64,000 bases of DNA. Origin: Rhizophagus irregularis. Its lineage: Eukaryota. Shown here piece by piece: positions 49,570 through 63,150 of this stretch. Both the position numbers and the translations under genes were made by a program. Each line of letters opens with the position of its first letter. Position 1 is the stretch's first letter. The stretch is from NCBI RefSeq assembly GCF_026210795.1, contig NC_089433.1:248001-312000 (forward strand), written 5' to 3'. The notes below the pieces were generated by a model. That model was not told the DNA's origin. It saw only the letters and a program-made list of their open reading frames with translations, and did no database searches.

Positions 49570-52302
49570 TTTCTTTATTTACAGGAAAAAAAAATGATAG
49601 ACTAAAAAAAAAATGTTTAAATTAAGGATCGACTGATCAACTTTAATTTAATATATCCTAATGGGTCAATTTCAATTCCGACAAAAAAAACTGCGCCAAT
49701 GCATATATCTCATAAAAATTTCGCAATTTTAGGCAGAATTATAAATGATCGGCGCTACTGGTTCCCATATTAAGTAATGCCAGCCATACTGGTAGTTGAT
49801 TTGACATGTATTAGGCCGTTTTGACGAGATCCATTAAGGCGTCGAATTTTAAAAGGCTTATCATAATATTTTAAATTTTGAACTATAAACTAATAAAACA
49901 ATTAATGCCAGTAAGATAATAGCTTTATTGTTGAGGTTAAAATAATAATATACTTTATTACTTATCCGTACTTTCGTCTAAACATTAAATGTCTGGGAAG
50001 AATTCCTTCAGAATGTATGATGTGTAATGATAATGAAGCGAGAGGCAGTTGTAAAGTAATGAATTGGATTAAATTCGATGAAATAAATAGTGGTGATAAA
50101 ATTAATAAATGTTAAATGAGAATTATAATAGAAAGTTTATAAAAAATCGTATGTAAAAGAGTCAAGAGCTTTCTAGTATAATGAAAGCAATGTTCTTAAT
50201 ACGTAAAAATTAGATCTACTCATTTCTAGTTGATCGGTTCGTAATCAACCCATTTCTATGTAAGAGTCTGATTCGTTTAATCAACATTTACTACCGACAA
50301 ACGTTTTACCGACAAGTTTATTTTGTCGACAAACATTCACCGATAGTCATTTCGCCGACAGCCATTTCACCTGAGTTTATTTTGACAGCAGTGTAAAACT
50401 ATTTTAAAAAGATTTAAATTATTTATTTTTGCTCATCACAAGCTAAAATGACTGATAGTATGTGATAATAATTAATAAAAATTTAAAAAATTTGAGGTTA
50501 CGGCGAAATGATCTGTCGATACAATATCTGCCTTATGTATTTTATTATACGATCTATTGTTATTATTAGAAAAAAAATTTAGAAAAAATTTCTGAAAGAT
50601 TTTGTTATATCTATAAAGATCTATTGGCATTATTAGAAAATTTTATTTATACTATATCTGTCTTATGTACTATACCTATTATTAGAAAAAAAAAAATTTT
50701 AAAAAAAAAATTTCTAATTTGTAATTTTCATTCCGTAATATTTTTGTTGGCTGGATTATATAATAGTTGTTGCTTATGGCGAAGGTAATTGGCCATGTGT
50801 TGTTTGTGTAGCAAGCGGGGAATTTTTTTTTTTTGATTAAGTAATTTATACAAAAAAATTTTGATTTTCTTTGAAATATTAATTATATCTATTGGCGTTA
50901 TTAAAAAAAAATGTTTCAAAATGTTTTTCTATAAGATTTTATATAAAAAAATGTCTTGCAACATTTCTTATATTATTGTTGATAAATAAACATAGCGAAC
51001 CATTTTTTTTATGTGTTTTAATATAAAAAATGGTTTGCAATATTTCATAAAATTTTGCTAGAGTTATCCTATAATAATAATTAGAATTAATAATTAATAT
51101 GATATCATAAAATTTGAATCCTTATTGGCTGAGATATGTCAATTTGAAGTTCTAATGGCAGTGTTCAATAACTTTCATTTAAAAAATCTTTAAAAGCATG
51201 TTAAGCTCCCCCATGAAAATGACCTCTTGTTCCTTATAATTATTAAAGATTTCACTAATAAAATAGTTTTTCTCTTATAATATATTTAAAAAGAATAATA
51301 GTACTTTAATATATTTTTCATATAAATTTAAAATATAGAAACCAAATAAAATAAATATAATTCCAAGCTTTCTATAACCTAATTTGAATAAATTTTTATA
51401 AAGATATTTTTGAGCGTAGAATTAACTAAATCATGAAATTAGTTGAGTTATTATAATATTTTAATCGAGTGCGATCAAAATTTCTTATCCAATAAAAAAA
51501 TTAAGCACAGGGAATGACATCAATTTTATTCTAAATAAAGAAAAAAATTTACTTATAAAAGAACATAACTATGTTCATTCTCTTCCTATTTATCACCCAG
51601 TAAAAAAAGTTGATCCGTTTTTTATATTCCATCTTTTTTTCCGTAAAATACTCATATTTCTAAACTTACATCACGGAATTTATCGAATTATTTTCATTCT
51701 CCGTGAATGAATCCGTGAAAGGCTGGAGTTTTTACAAAAATGACGGATAAAATTTTTTTAGGGTCATATTTGCAAAAAATAGAGTCATATTTTTGGATAC
51801 AAAATGAGAAATATTAAACCAAAAGTATAATAACAAGAATAAGGTTGAAAATGCGATTAACGATATAATTGATATAATTGATCAATTTATCCATCTTTAT
51901 TCGCTTTATCTGGTAATTTTATTAATTGTCTCAAAACGCTTGCGTATTGATCGGGACCCGAGCAGATCGGCAACATTCAGGGCCAGCAATGCATAATTCT
52001 GGTCAGAATTATTCAAAAAAAAGAAAATTTACATGATAATTCTGGCGAACCTCCCAATTATTTAATAATGAGTAACTTTAAATCTTTAATAATGTATAGT
52101 ATACTTTTGTAATACTACAGCTTGCAGCTCTCACAAGAACTTTTCTTTGTACTTTTGTTCAAAAATAATAATAGCTTCTTGATTAGCTCGGAACCAAATA
52201 TTCTGAGAACAAAATTAATCATTAGAAGCTCAAGAGTTATAAAAGAAAATCTGTTTTTTACAATAAAAAAAAAATTTTTTTTTTTTAATAATTCTAATTA
52301 AT

Positions 52303-52626
52303 ATGCAAACTACTATTTTCAACATCAACTTTTCGATCTTCGATAAAAAATTTATCCCTGAATTTATTACACAAAATGAACATTCTCATACTGTTGACAT
52401 TGGCCAGAAACTAGATGGTAACGAATTTTGGCCTAAACAATATAAATCACCTAATAAGGTCAAAAAGGTCTTCTCCAAGTCTCTTAAAATTTTGAAACGT
52501 AAATTCACTTGTAAAATTTGCGAAAGTAAAAATACAGTTATAGCCGAAGAATCAATGATTTCAAAAATTGCTTATCGTAAGAAAACTTCAACCGACAAGA
52601 GTATAGCAGAAATTATTGATTTTTGA
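52303..52626 (+). CDS. Small hypothetical protein (107 aa)
   Basis: ATG after an A/T-rich leader, normal amino-acid composition, one CxxC; no family recognised. Confidence 0.45.
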   Translation: MQTTIFNINFSIFDKKFIPEFITQNEHSHTVDIGQKLDGNEFWPKQYKSPNKVKKVFSKSLKILKRKFTCKICESKNTVIAEESMISKIAYRKKTSTDKSIAEIIDF

Positions 52627-53394
52627 TAATTACTTGTTGATAGAGAAATTCCAGAATGTTTACGGCTTTATTCTGTTTATGGCGGGATGAAAGTGATTCT
52701 TTTATAACGAACTCCTAATATTTCAATGTTTCTGAAGTTGTTAAATGAAAATTTTTTAAAATTCTATGATTTTAGTGTTTCTAAATCAAAACTAATGTAT
52801 CATTGTTAATAATTATATATACTTGTATACTTTTGTAAAAAAAAAAAATATGTAAAATATAAAATTATTCAAATTTCAGCTATATAGTGTGATTAATAAA
52901 TATTGTATGATTGATAATTTAACTTTATTGTTTTAATACGTGAATGGAGTAGTTTACAATATCTATTTGCAATATCCTTGCTTACAAAGAAATTTTTGAT
53001 GTTTTGTCTAATTTTTTTTTGATCTCGCGCTTAAATATAACTAAAGCCATTTATAATCTCATATAAATCCGCTTCGCTGTGATACAACAGTATAAGCAAG
53101 TACTGTATACCAAGATTTTATACATAATAAGTTGCTCATGCCCAAGCTTGTGAAAAGTAAAAATAGTAAATATGTTAAAAATAGCAAACTTCGCAAATTA
53201 TCATGATATTGCCTATAAAATTAATAATTTTGGAGAAATTTATGTTCAATACTAAAGTTTTCCAATGCTGAATCTATATAATATAATAAAAAAATTCATG
53301 TCGATCTTCTAACGTTTAGATTAGCCTGTATAAATCATCTTTGAATTGTGTAATGCATGATTCATCTGCGCCTAACAGTACTACTAATTATATA

Positions 53395-53740
53395 CTAGCA
53401 GTTACCCGTTGCTTCGCACTGGGACTAATGAGTTTGTTTAAATAGGCCAAGAACAATTTGGTATTACAGTCAAACCTTTATATAATGATATGTCGGGACA
53501 TATATGAAATTTTTAGAAAATATCGTTATATCAATGGTATACCGATATTTATATGTCCTCACATATAGTGGGAAAATAAAATTTTATCGGTATATCAAGT
53601 TTTTAATAGTATATCGATATATCGAATATCGGTATATCGAGGTTAGACTGTATAATGTAATACTAAGTAAATTAAAAATGGTTACAGTTTTTTGATTAGT
53701 AGAATGATATAAATTATATTTAGAATGATATAATTATAGT
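53395..53740 (-). mobile_element. 3' end of a Helitron of the same family as 34601-37762
   Basis: Reverse complement of the hairpin plus CTAG terminus and adjacent sequence at ~37600-37762. Confidence 0.85.
53467..53650. mobile_element. Tc1/mariner(pogo)-type MITE, 184 bp, TA TSD
   Basis: TA|CAGTCAAACCT...AGGTTAGACTG|TA. The empty site is present in the 37.7-kb Helitron copy. Confidence 0.88.
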
Positions 53741-54550
53741 GCATTAGAGTAATTAGTAAATATCTGACATGAATACTTATGAAAAGAGTACATAGTTATA
53801 ATAAGTATTTGTAATCAATAAATGGGCTAATTAATTTTTTTAATTTCAGTAATAAAATAGCAATGATTAGCAATTTGTATTAATGCTATAATTTACTGAT
53901 TAATGAATTTTAACCATAATAATATAGATCAAATATTTCAGGAGCAGACAGACCACCCATTACACAATTCAAATTATTTATACAAGATAATCTAAATGTT
54001 ACAGAATTTTTTTAATTATATAGATGAACAGTATTTATGTATTTATGATATTAATTTAACTTACTTTAATATGTGCTATATAATGAAAAAATTATATGAT
54101 ATATCATATGAAACAGAGATCAAAAATATATTTTATTATGTGTGTCTACTAATTTTATTACAGATTACAAATAAAATTGTAAAATCATACGAAATTATAA
54201 TATTATAGATAATTTTAATTTTATAATAGCTTTTTTAAAATATTTTTTTTTGGTAATTTGATAATAAAGTTACGATAATTTCAAATGATTAACATTCATA
54301 GTACGATTTAATGATTTATTATATAATAAAATGATCGGCATTCATAGTACTAATGATAAAATGATGATATAAATAAATGGTAATGATCGGTATTCATGAT
54401 ATTGGTTTACCGATCCAAAAATTTAAACAGATAATAAATCAATAATACAGACAAATAAACATTATATCATTATACAATTTTAAAATTTTTTATATGACTA
54501 ATCTAAATATGACCCATTTTTTTTAAATAATAGATAAAAGGGTTTAAAAT

Positions 54551-55895
54551 TTGAATGCACCTGCACCCACTCACGTGACATGATTTTAAAATTTTATTGG
54601 TGATAATCAATCTATTTTTTATTTTTTACTTTGTTTAGGAACGTTTTTTAATTACTCTTTTTTTGTAGGAATACCCTGAAGATGAAATGGACCCCTAAAA
54701 ATAAAAGGTGTGTTTTTTTCAATTTTTTTTCCCATTCATTTCGTTCAAGAACAACGTCCCTAACATTCTTTCGTAATTTTTTTTTTATAGGAACACTCCC
54801 TGGAGACTCTTAAAGACAAAAGGTAAAATTCTTTTTCATTTATATTTGTTAATTTCGTTTAAGAACATTCCTAACATTCTTCAATAATTTTTTTTATAGG
54901 AACACCTCCTGGTGACTCTTGGAGATGAAAGGTAAGTTTTCTTTTTTTGTTTCTTTTATTAATTTCATTTAAGAACATTTCCTAACATTCTTTGAATAAT
55001 TTTTTTTATAGGAACGCCCCTGGTGACTCTTGGAGGCGAAAAGTAAGTTTCTTTTTGTTTCTTTTGTTAATTTCATTCAACTAAGGATGTTCCTAACATT
55101 CTTTCAATAATTTTTTTTGTAGGAACGTCCCCTAGATAAAAGATAAGTTTTCTTTTTTCGTCTCTTTTGTTAATTCCATTTAAGAATGTTTCTAATGTTC
55201 TTTCAATAATTTTTTTTATAGGAACGCCCCTGGTGACTCTTGGAGACGAAAAGTAAGTTTCTTTTGTTTCTTTTGTTAATTTCATTCAAGGACGTTCCTA
55301 ACGTTCTTTCAATAATTTTTTTTGTAGGAACATCCCCTAGATGAAAGATAAGTTTTATTTTTTCGTCTCTTTTGTTAATTCCGTTTAAGAATGTTTCCAA
55401 TATTCTTTCAATATTTTTTTTTTATAGAAATGTCTCCTGGAAACTCTTGGAGACGAAAAGTAAATTTCTTTTCATTTCTTTTGTTAATTTCATTCAAGAA
55501 TGTTCTATTAATGTTCTTTTAATAATTTTTTTATAGGAATGCCTCCCAGAGACTCTTGGAGACAAAAGATTTTTTGTATTCTTTTGCTAATTTTGTTTAA
55601 GAATGTTTCCTAACATTCTTTTGATGGTTTTATAGGAACACCACCTGGAGATGAAATGGACTCCTGGAAACAATTAATAAATTTTAACAACAGAAAAAGG
55701 TAATAGAAAACAATAAGACTTATATAGTTATATCAGTTTATTAACTGTTTCAAAAAAAACTTTAAAAAAGCCTTTTCATTTAAAAAAATTAAATAATGAA
55801 TAAGATTATTTGATGAATAAATAAACGATAACACTGATCAGCCAATCAAATTTAAAATATTATAAATCACGTGATAGGGTGCAGTGTGCGTTCAA
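54551..55895. mobile_element. TIR-bounded element filled with a ~110-118-bp tandem repeat (about 8 units, ~54730-55670)
   Basis: TTGAATGCACCTGCACCC..TCACGTGA at 54551 is inverted to TCACGTGATAGGGTGCAGTGTGCGTTCAA at ~55868-55895. Internal units read ttcctaacattctttcaataa...ataggaacgcccctggtgactcttggaga. No TSD resolved. Confidence 0.65.
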
Positions 55896-56760
55896 GGTAT
55901 TATTTTTATTTTTATTTTAAGATGATTTGATCAGCAAATGCTAATTACTAAAGTATAAAAAAAATAATTTTAGTTCCCTATTACTGGCGTTTTGCTAATA
56001 CTAATTAGTATTAATCTCACTTTTTTAATCAATTAATATTTATCTCATTTGTTATTTTTTCAGTACAATTATTATTATTTGGTTAAATTGAAGTTTACAG
56101 ATTTTTGCGAGATTATATATTTTTTTTTAGTTGATTTAAAATTTTTCTTATACTTTTTTTCATTATAACATATAGAAAAAATTTTTGTAAATATATTTAT
56201 TCAAAATAATCTTATTTAATGAAGCAAATATTAAAATTTAAGCCTCACATTTTCGATTTTAAAGAAAAAATCACTGTATTTATTTTTAATGAAGTGATAC
56301 AAATAAAAAAACAATAACAATAAATAAAAAAGTTAAGTAAATTACAATGATCAAGAAGAAAGATGCTAATAAAAAATGAAGTAACAATGGAGTAATGGAA
56401 AGTAATAGAAGAAGAAAGGGAGTAAAAAAGAGTAATGAGAAATGATAGGAAACAAAAAGGAAAAATAGGACATGATGGATGATGAAAAAGAGTGATGAGA
56501 GATGAAAAGAAGTAATGGGAAGATAAAGAGGAGTGATGAGAGACGAAAAGGAGACGAAGAGAGTGATTGGAGACAAAAAGGAGTGATGGGAAACGAAGAG
56601 GAGTGGTGAGAGATGAAAAGGAGCGATGAGAGACAAAAAGAAATGATAGGAAGTAAACAGGAGGAAAAAAGAAATAATGGAAAATGAAAAGATGTAATAG
56701 AAAATAATGGGAGACGAATAATGAGAAGTAATATGAGGTGAAAAATAATGAGACTTTACT

Positions 56761-57215
56761 TTGAATCAATGTCAATTTCCAGTATGTGTTGCATTCTCAA
56801 TAACAATTAATAAATCACAAGGGCAAACTCTGAGCAGGGTTGGTGTTTACCTACCTGAACCTGTCTTTACACATGAGCAATTATATGTTAAGGTTTTTAT
56901 AGATAATGGTGAGAACTGCAAGACAAGAAACATTGAATACTGTGAAATATTTCATTCTATAAATAGATTTCACATTTAAAAATAACATTTTGTATGTATA
57001 ACAATATTTCATATGTAATATTTTATATATAACATTCATACACAATTCACTTTTATTAGTATAAATATGTAAATTATATAAATTTATTAGATTATTTTTA
57101 TCATACTGTAAATAATATTATTAAAATACTAAGCCTATTTCTAAAATATAGCTATACCATTGTTACTTTTCTTGACAAGTTTTATCCCCGGCGCAGCGCG
57201 ACGGGTTACACCTAG
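56761..57215 (+). mobile_element. 3' part of a Helitron with PIF1 helicase remnant
   Basis: [39 protein letters not shown]. Terminal hairpin CCCGGCGCAGCGCGACGGG and CTAG|T at 57212-57215. Confidence 0.88.
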
Positions 57216-58140
57216 TATGACAATAAAAAAAAATGATTATCTGAAAATCAAATAATTTATATTTCATGAATATTTTTTTTTTTTTACAAAATTAAGCGCC
57301 CAATATGAGAATCTTGTTTGCGTGGCCGGAATTATATAATAAAATGCAAAATAATATGTTTTTTTTCATATATAATTCACAGTGATCCATAAAATTACGT
57401 CTATATTCGTAAAATCTGATTTTTTTTTCTTTAGATAATGAAATTCCATAATGGCATGATAATAATCTAACATGAAAAAAGAATTTTAAGTTTAAGAAGT
57501 TTGAAAAAAAGAAACTCCTCAGTTCGTTATATGCTGAATGTAATCTATACTTACTTTAGTCAAATACCGAACCATTTCTAGGAAAATTTCAAGGGTAACA
57601 TGAGAGAAGCTGCAAAAAAAAAGTGGTCTTAGTATGGTTAAAAATCATACTAATAATTCCTATGATAGGAGAAAGGTAAGCTAACCCTCCTCAAGGAAAG
57701 CCAGTTTCTCCTTAATGTTCCTTACTAGTCCGTTACTATCCATTATTACTATACTAAACTAAATAAAAGACAAAAAAAAATACAAATAATGACAAATAAC
57801 CTATACTAAACTAAATAAAAAACAAAGAAAAAATACAAATAACGACAAATAACAAAAATAAAATACAACAAAAATACAACATATATTCATATAATGGATA
57901 ATCTGTGGTACCCCTAGTAAGGCGACAATTATCATAGAAAGTAAGTTGCTGGTTGTCAACTTACCACTATAGCGAAGAAATTCAATATTATCAATATCCG
58001 TTCAAATTTATTTTCAATTTTTAAATACGTTATACGCTGAATGTAAAGTCTAAATAAACCGTCAGAAAATATCCAAAAAAATTTATATTTCATTATCAGA
58101 ATATATGACATTATTATCAATATATAAAAAATAAACTAGA

Positions 58141-58670
58141 AAACACTTCATACCATGATACTTATTTTTTTTAGCGAAATATCAAAAATTTTAGGAAAGG
58201 TCTTAAGCCCTTTTCTTTACGTCTTCCTTTAGGTATGTGGGTTGTTGTGTGTAGGTTTGTGTGTGGGTTTGTGCGTAGGTGGTGTATGTTTTTGTATTTC
58301 CTTGCTCTTTCCCTTCCCGATCATAAATATTAAAAAGAAGTAAATAAGAAGTAAATAAGAATAAACTAAAAGACACTTTATACCATGATATTTTTGTTTT
58401 TTAGCGAAAATATCAAAATTTTAGGAGAGGTGATCGTAAATATTAAAAGGAAGTAAATAGAATAAACTAAAAGACACCTTATATCATAATACTTTTTTTT
58501 TTTAGCGAAAATATCAAAAGTTTTGATAGAGGTGATCGTAAATATTAAAAGGAAGTAAATAGAATAAACCAAAAGGCACTTTATACCATGATACTTTTTT
58601 TTTTTAGCGAAAATATCAAAGGTTTTGAGAGGGGTGTTCGTAAATATTGAAAAGAAGTAAATAAGTAAGT
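58141..58670. repeat. ~100-bp tandem repeat, about 4 units, the first interrupted by a GT-rich insert
   Basis: Recurring cacttYataYcatRatactttttttttagcgaaaatatcaaaa...gatcgtaaatattaaaaggaagtaaata. Confidence 0.8.
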
Positions 58671-61167
58671 GTATTTTTAAAAAGAAGTTTGAAGTTTGAG
58701 AGAGCTTTTGAGGTATATTTATATCTTTTGAGATTTATCAGCGTAGTACTATAAAAAAAAGTAAAAAAAAACCAGTATCAGTAAAGGTTTATGCAAAAAA
58801 AAAATAATAACCAGTATTGTGATTGCAATCTACCTCTTTATGGCAAGCTTTGGATGAGTCATTATGAAGAAAAAGATGGATGGATAGATAAATTAATTAT
58901 TGAGTTTCAATTAAACTATTAAACTATTATATGTATACTGAGATAAACATGCATGATCTTGATATTGATCATCTTTATTGATATTTTCGACAACCGGATC
59001 AATGGCGCAAGCCACACATCGGACTTTATTAATTCTCAATTGCGACTAAACAATCAGAAATATATATATAGGGGTCAGGTGATGAAAAAAAATTTTTTAA
59101 TTTAAAAATAACAAAAAAGAATGTTTATTTAATTAAAAACGTCGAAATTAATGTTTTAGTAAACGTCGAATTTGACTTTTTTTTTAATTCAAAAATAACA
59201 AAGTAGTATACAATAAAATAAAATGTATCGTTATAGTATTTACAAGAATTCCTTAATTCCAAATAAGATGTTATAAATAATTCTAATTGTTTATTAAAAG
59301 TTTTTGTATATTAAATATTTAAAAATGAAAAATATACTGTATAATATAAATATGATGACAAAATATTTGACAACAATCCAATATTAAAGAAAATTAATGT
59401 CTAAAATTAACCGTTCATTGCTAAATAATTTATTAAAAAATAAACTGCTATCAAATTTAAGTTCACATTGGCAAAAAAAACTTTAGATAGATTATTTCAA
59501 GTAAAATTTACGCGTTTAATAAAAATAAAAGACGAATTCACTACACACCAAAATTCTTAGTCGAATATACCTGAAACTACCAATATGACTAACAGGTAGT
59601 TTCTTTTCACTCATATTTTCATAATAAATTATTTATAACTTCATTAGTTCATCTGGAATAAATTTCTCGTATATACAGTACACTCATTGTGCGAGAATAG
59701 TATATTCGTACAAATTAAAGAATTTGATTGAAAATTATTTCTGAATTTTCATACCTAACCTAATAAATTACAAATTGAATAAACCTTTGTCAAAACTTGC
59801 AGCTGCCGATGATTATACTTATAATTATTTCCGGTTTAACGTGACGTGTCCTTTTACCTTTTATATGTTATTTAGTATCTTTAGTATCTGAAGAAATATC
59901 AATAATAATTATGCAATTATAGTTTATTTATAGCTTAATAAAAAAATATCAGCATGATGAAAAAGCACGATCCTATTTGGTCTTTCAAAAATATTAGTAG
60001 TATAGTACTTAATAACAAGAAAAAATTAATTAGTAATAAAATAATCAACATATTGATAAGCAAGCTTATTAAATAATAATCAAGAGATTATTTTTAGTTT
60101 ATTTTGCAACGCATCTATATAATTCTCTTAACGTTAATTCTCTAATTTCTAATTCCGATTCCAATTATAATATTAATAATTCCCTAAACTTGTTGCAAAA
60201 GTATTTCGTATTTCAATTTCAAGTACACATCTCCAAATTATTGGATTAATTCATTTATTTGCGATTTTTCGAGTCACGTCTGATATCTGACGCGCGTCAC
60301 CTTATCGCACAATAAAGTTTCTATAGTAAACACTTATTTTATTAATGAAATTACTTCTTTAATATTCTATAAGTAAACTTACTGTATATATCACAATGAA
60401 TTACACATATTATAAAATTTTATACTTATTTGTAAAATTATATATTGTAAATCTACTTGAAATACTTGTAATTTCTAAATAATTTTAATGAAGTGTTTTT
60501 CATGAGTTTGAGTCTAATCAATCTAATATTTAGGTAATTAATTTATTACAATAAGCACAAAGGCTCATGAAATGGGTTGGAATTGACATTAAAAAAAGAT
60601 TATTTGATGCCCGAATCTGGTCATAAGACTTTTGATGTTGAACAAATTTCTGAAGAACGGACTGAGTCGAACCGGAAGCTTCTAAAAAGGATACCCGTGT
60701 GTTAATTGTTTGGTTATAACTTAATGTTATGTGACAAATGACGCGCGTCAGGACGTCAGGTTGTTCAGGGGATCACATTTTTTATTGTAAAACCTTTTGT
60801 GATTGGCCGTTATTCTAATACACCAATTGTTATAAATATATAAATTTGGCCGGAATTATGTTTAATTCTGGCCAAAATTGAAATTTCAATCGCATTTTTT
60901 TTCATGTGTATTCTTAAGACAATTATAAATTATGTCCTTGAATTATTATAATACTTTGTATAATAAAATTTAAAAATCCGCAGGATATTCGTAATTTGTC
61001 ACATGACTTTAAAAAAAATGAATGACAAATCTACAGTAACTGTTTCTAGAAATTCATGGTACACAAACTACACAATCGACATGAAATTATTTAAATAAAG
61101 CTACGGGTTTCATTCCTTTCAAACTTAAAATTTTTTCCTTTTTTTTTATTTTTATATTAAAAATAAC

Positions 61168-62652
61168 ATGTCTTCAAAATTTTTGGCAGAATTATCTAGC
61201 GACTACGAAAAACTTTTTGAAACTGAAATTGGATATGATGTTATTATTCATGCTGGAGAAGGACAAAATTCGAAGGAAATTCATGCTCATTCAAATATTT
61301 TGTGTATTAGGTCTCAATATTTCCGTTCTGCATTTTCTAATGAATGGGCTGAGAAAAGAGATGGAAAATTTATTTTTAAAAAACCAAATATTTCACCTCA
61401 ATTATTTAATATTATTCTTAGGTATGATAATAATTTTAATAATTTATGATAAATTTTTTTTATTCTCATGATTCAAATCTTTCTAATTGTTATATTTATT
61501 AGGTTCATTTATTGTGGAAATATTGAATTAAAGAATTTACAAGGTCCTGATGTATTGGAGTTGTTGATAGCTGTGGATGAGCTAAATATCAATTCGTTAG
61601 TTTCCCACATTCAAGAATTTTTGATTGAACATAAAACTGAATTTTTACAACAAAATCCAACTGGAATTCTTGAAACAATTTATCAACATGAAACATTTAC
61701 GGATTTATGGAATTTTTGTCTTGAAAAAATTTGTGAAGAACCTAAAATTTTATTCAGCTCTGATAAATTTATTAATTTAAAAGCTCCTTTATTAGAATTA
61801 TTACTAAAAAGAGATGACTTATATATGGATGAAATTGAAATTTGGGAGAATTTATTAAAATGGTGTTTTGCTCAACAAAATATTAAGGTTGATTCAACAA
61901 AATGGAGTAAAGAAGATATTATTAGAGTTGAAAGAGAATTATACAGATTTATTCCTTTAATTCGATTTTATGATATTGAACCTGCAGATTTCTTTTACAA
62001 AGTTTATTGCTACAAAGACGTCTTACCGCAAGATTTAATTCATGATCTTTTGGAATACCACATTGTTCCTAACATAAAACCTAAAACTAATTTACCACCT
62101 TCAAGAAAACCAAATTTAAAGTATCATCTTGATTCAACCTTGATTGAATCAAAACATATTCCTATTTTTGCTTCATGGGTTGAGAGAAAAAATTCTTCAC
62201 ATTATAATATGAAAAATATTCCATATGATTTGAAATTATTATATCGTTCAGATCGGGATGGAACTGACACTAAAACTTTTCATATAAATTGTGACAATAA
62301 AGGAGCTACTATTTGGGTAGCAAAAATTAAAGATTCTACACAAATAATTGGAGGGTATAATCCACTTGATTGGGATGAAGTTTCATATTGGAAAACTACA
62401 GGAGATAGCTTTATTTTTAATTTTACTGATGGAAAAAATATATCTACTTCAAAAGTAAGCTATGTTAATAATCGGGAGTATGCTGTTTTTTGTCATGATA
62501 CTTATGGACCAACCATGGGCAATTTGCACTGCAACCTGAATGGTTGGTCTAATGTTAATCGGGGTGATGGAGATCGTTATCCTAATATAGGAATTCCAGA
62601 AAATAATTTCAAAGTAGAATATTATGAAGTATTTCAAGTAATTAATAAATAA
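61168..62652 (+). CDS. BTB/POZ-BACK-TLDc domain protein (~467 aa, 2 exons)
   Basis: Exon1 61168-61421, intron 61422-61502, exon2 61503-62652; intact frame and family motifs. Confidence 0.92.
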
Positions 62653-63150
62653 AAATCAAATGTAGAAAATTCATTAATGGATAATTAACAAAATTTTATA
62701 TTTTATTGAATTCATTCGAAAAAAAATTATGAGGCCACTATTAATAAAAACACTGCAATACTTTCAAGAAATACGTGTTACTAACAAAAAAATTCCCTAT
62801 TTTATATGAAGATATATATAAAAATATTTATAAAATTTTTATATTTAATTTTATATGTATGTCGGTGAACGTTGGTCTGTGAAATGATTGAATGATTGCG
62901 GTAAAGTAATTATCGGTTAGTTAAACGCGATCCAATATTTTTTTTCTATATCCTTGTATAAAAATACGATGCTACATTCTGGATATGGATTTACATTTCT
63001 TTTTTTAAAAAAGTTCTAACCTTACATTTCGTAGTTCACCGAAAAAAAAAAATCAATAATAAATAGCCACATTTTCTTTGTTAACCAAATTTAGTATTGC
63101 ACAATTTTTTCTCCTCCTATTTTTAAAATTTTTAAAATTTTTAATATTCA

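Noticed and set aside
55073..55400. Repetitive ORFs (TKKIIERTL)
   Set aside because: Translation of the tandem repeat; frames break between units.
56245..56775. 176-aa and 116-aa hydrophobic ORFs
   Set aside because: Reverse strand of a GA-rich low-complexity repeat.
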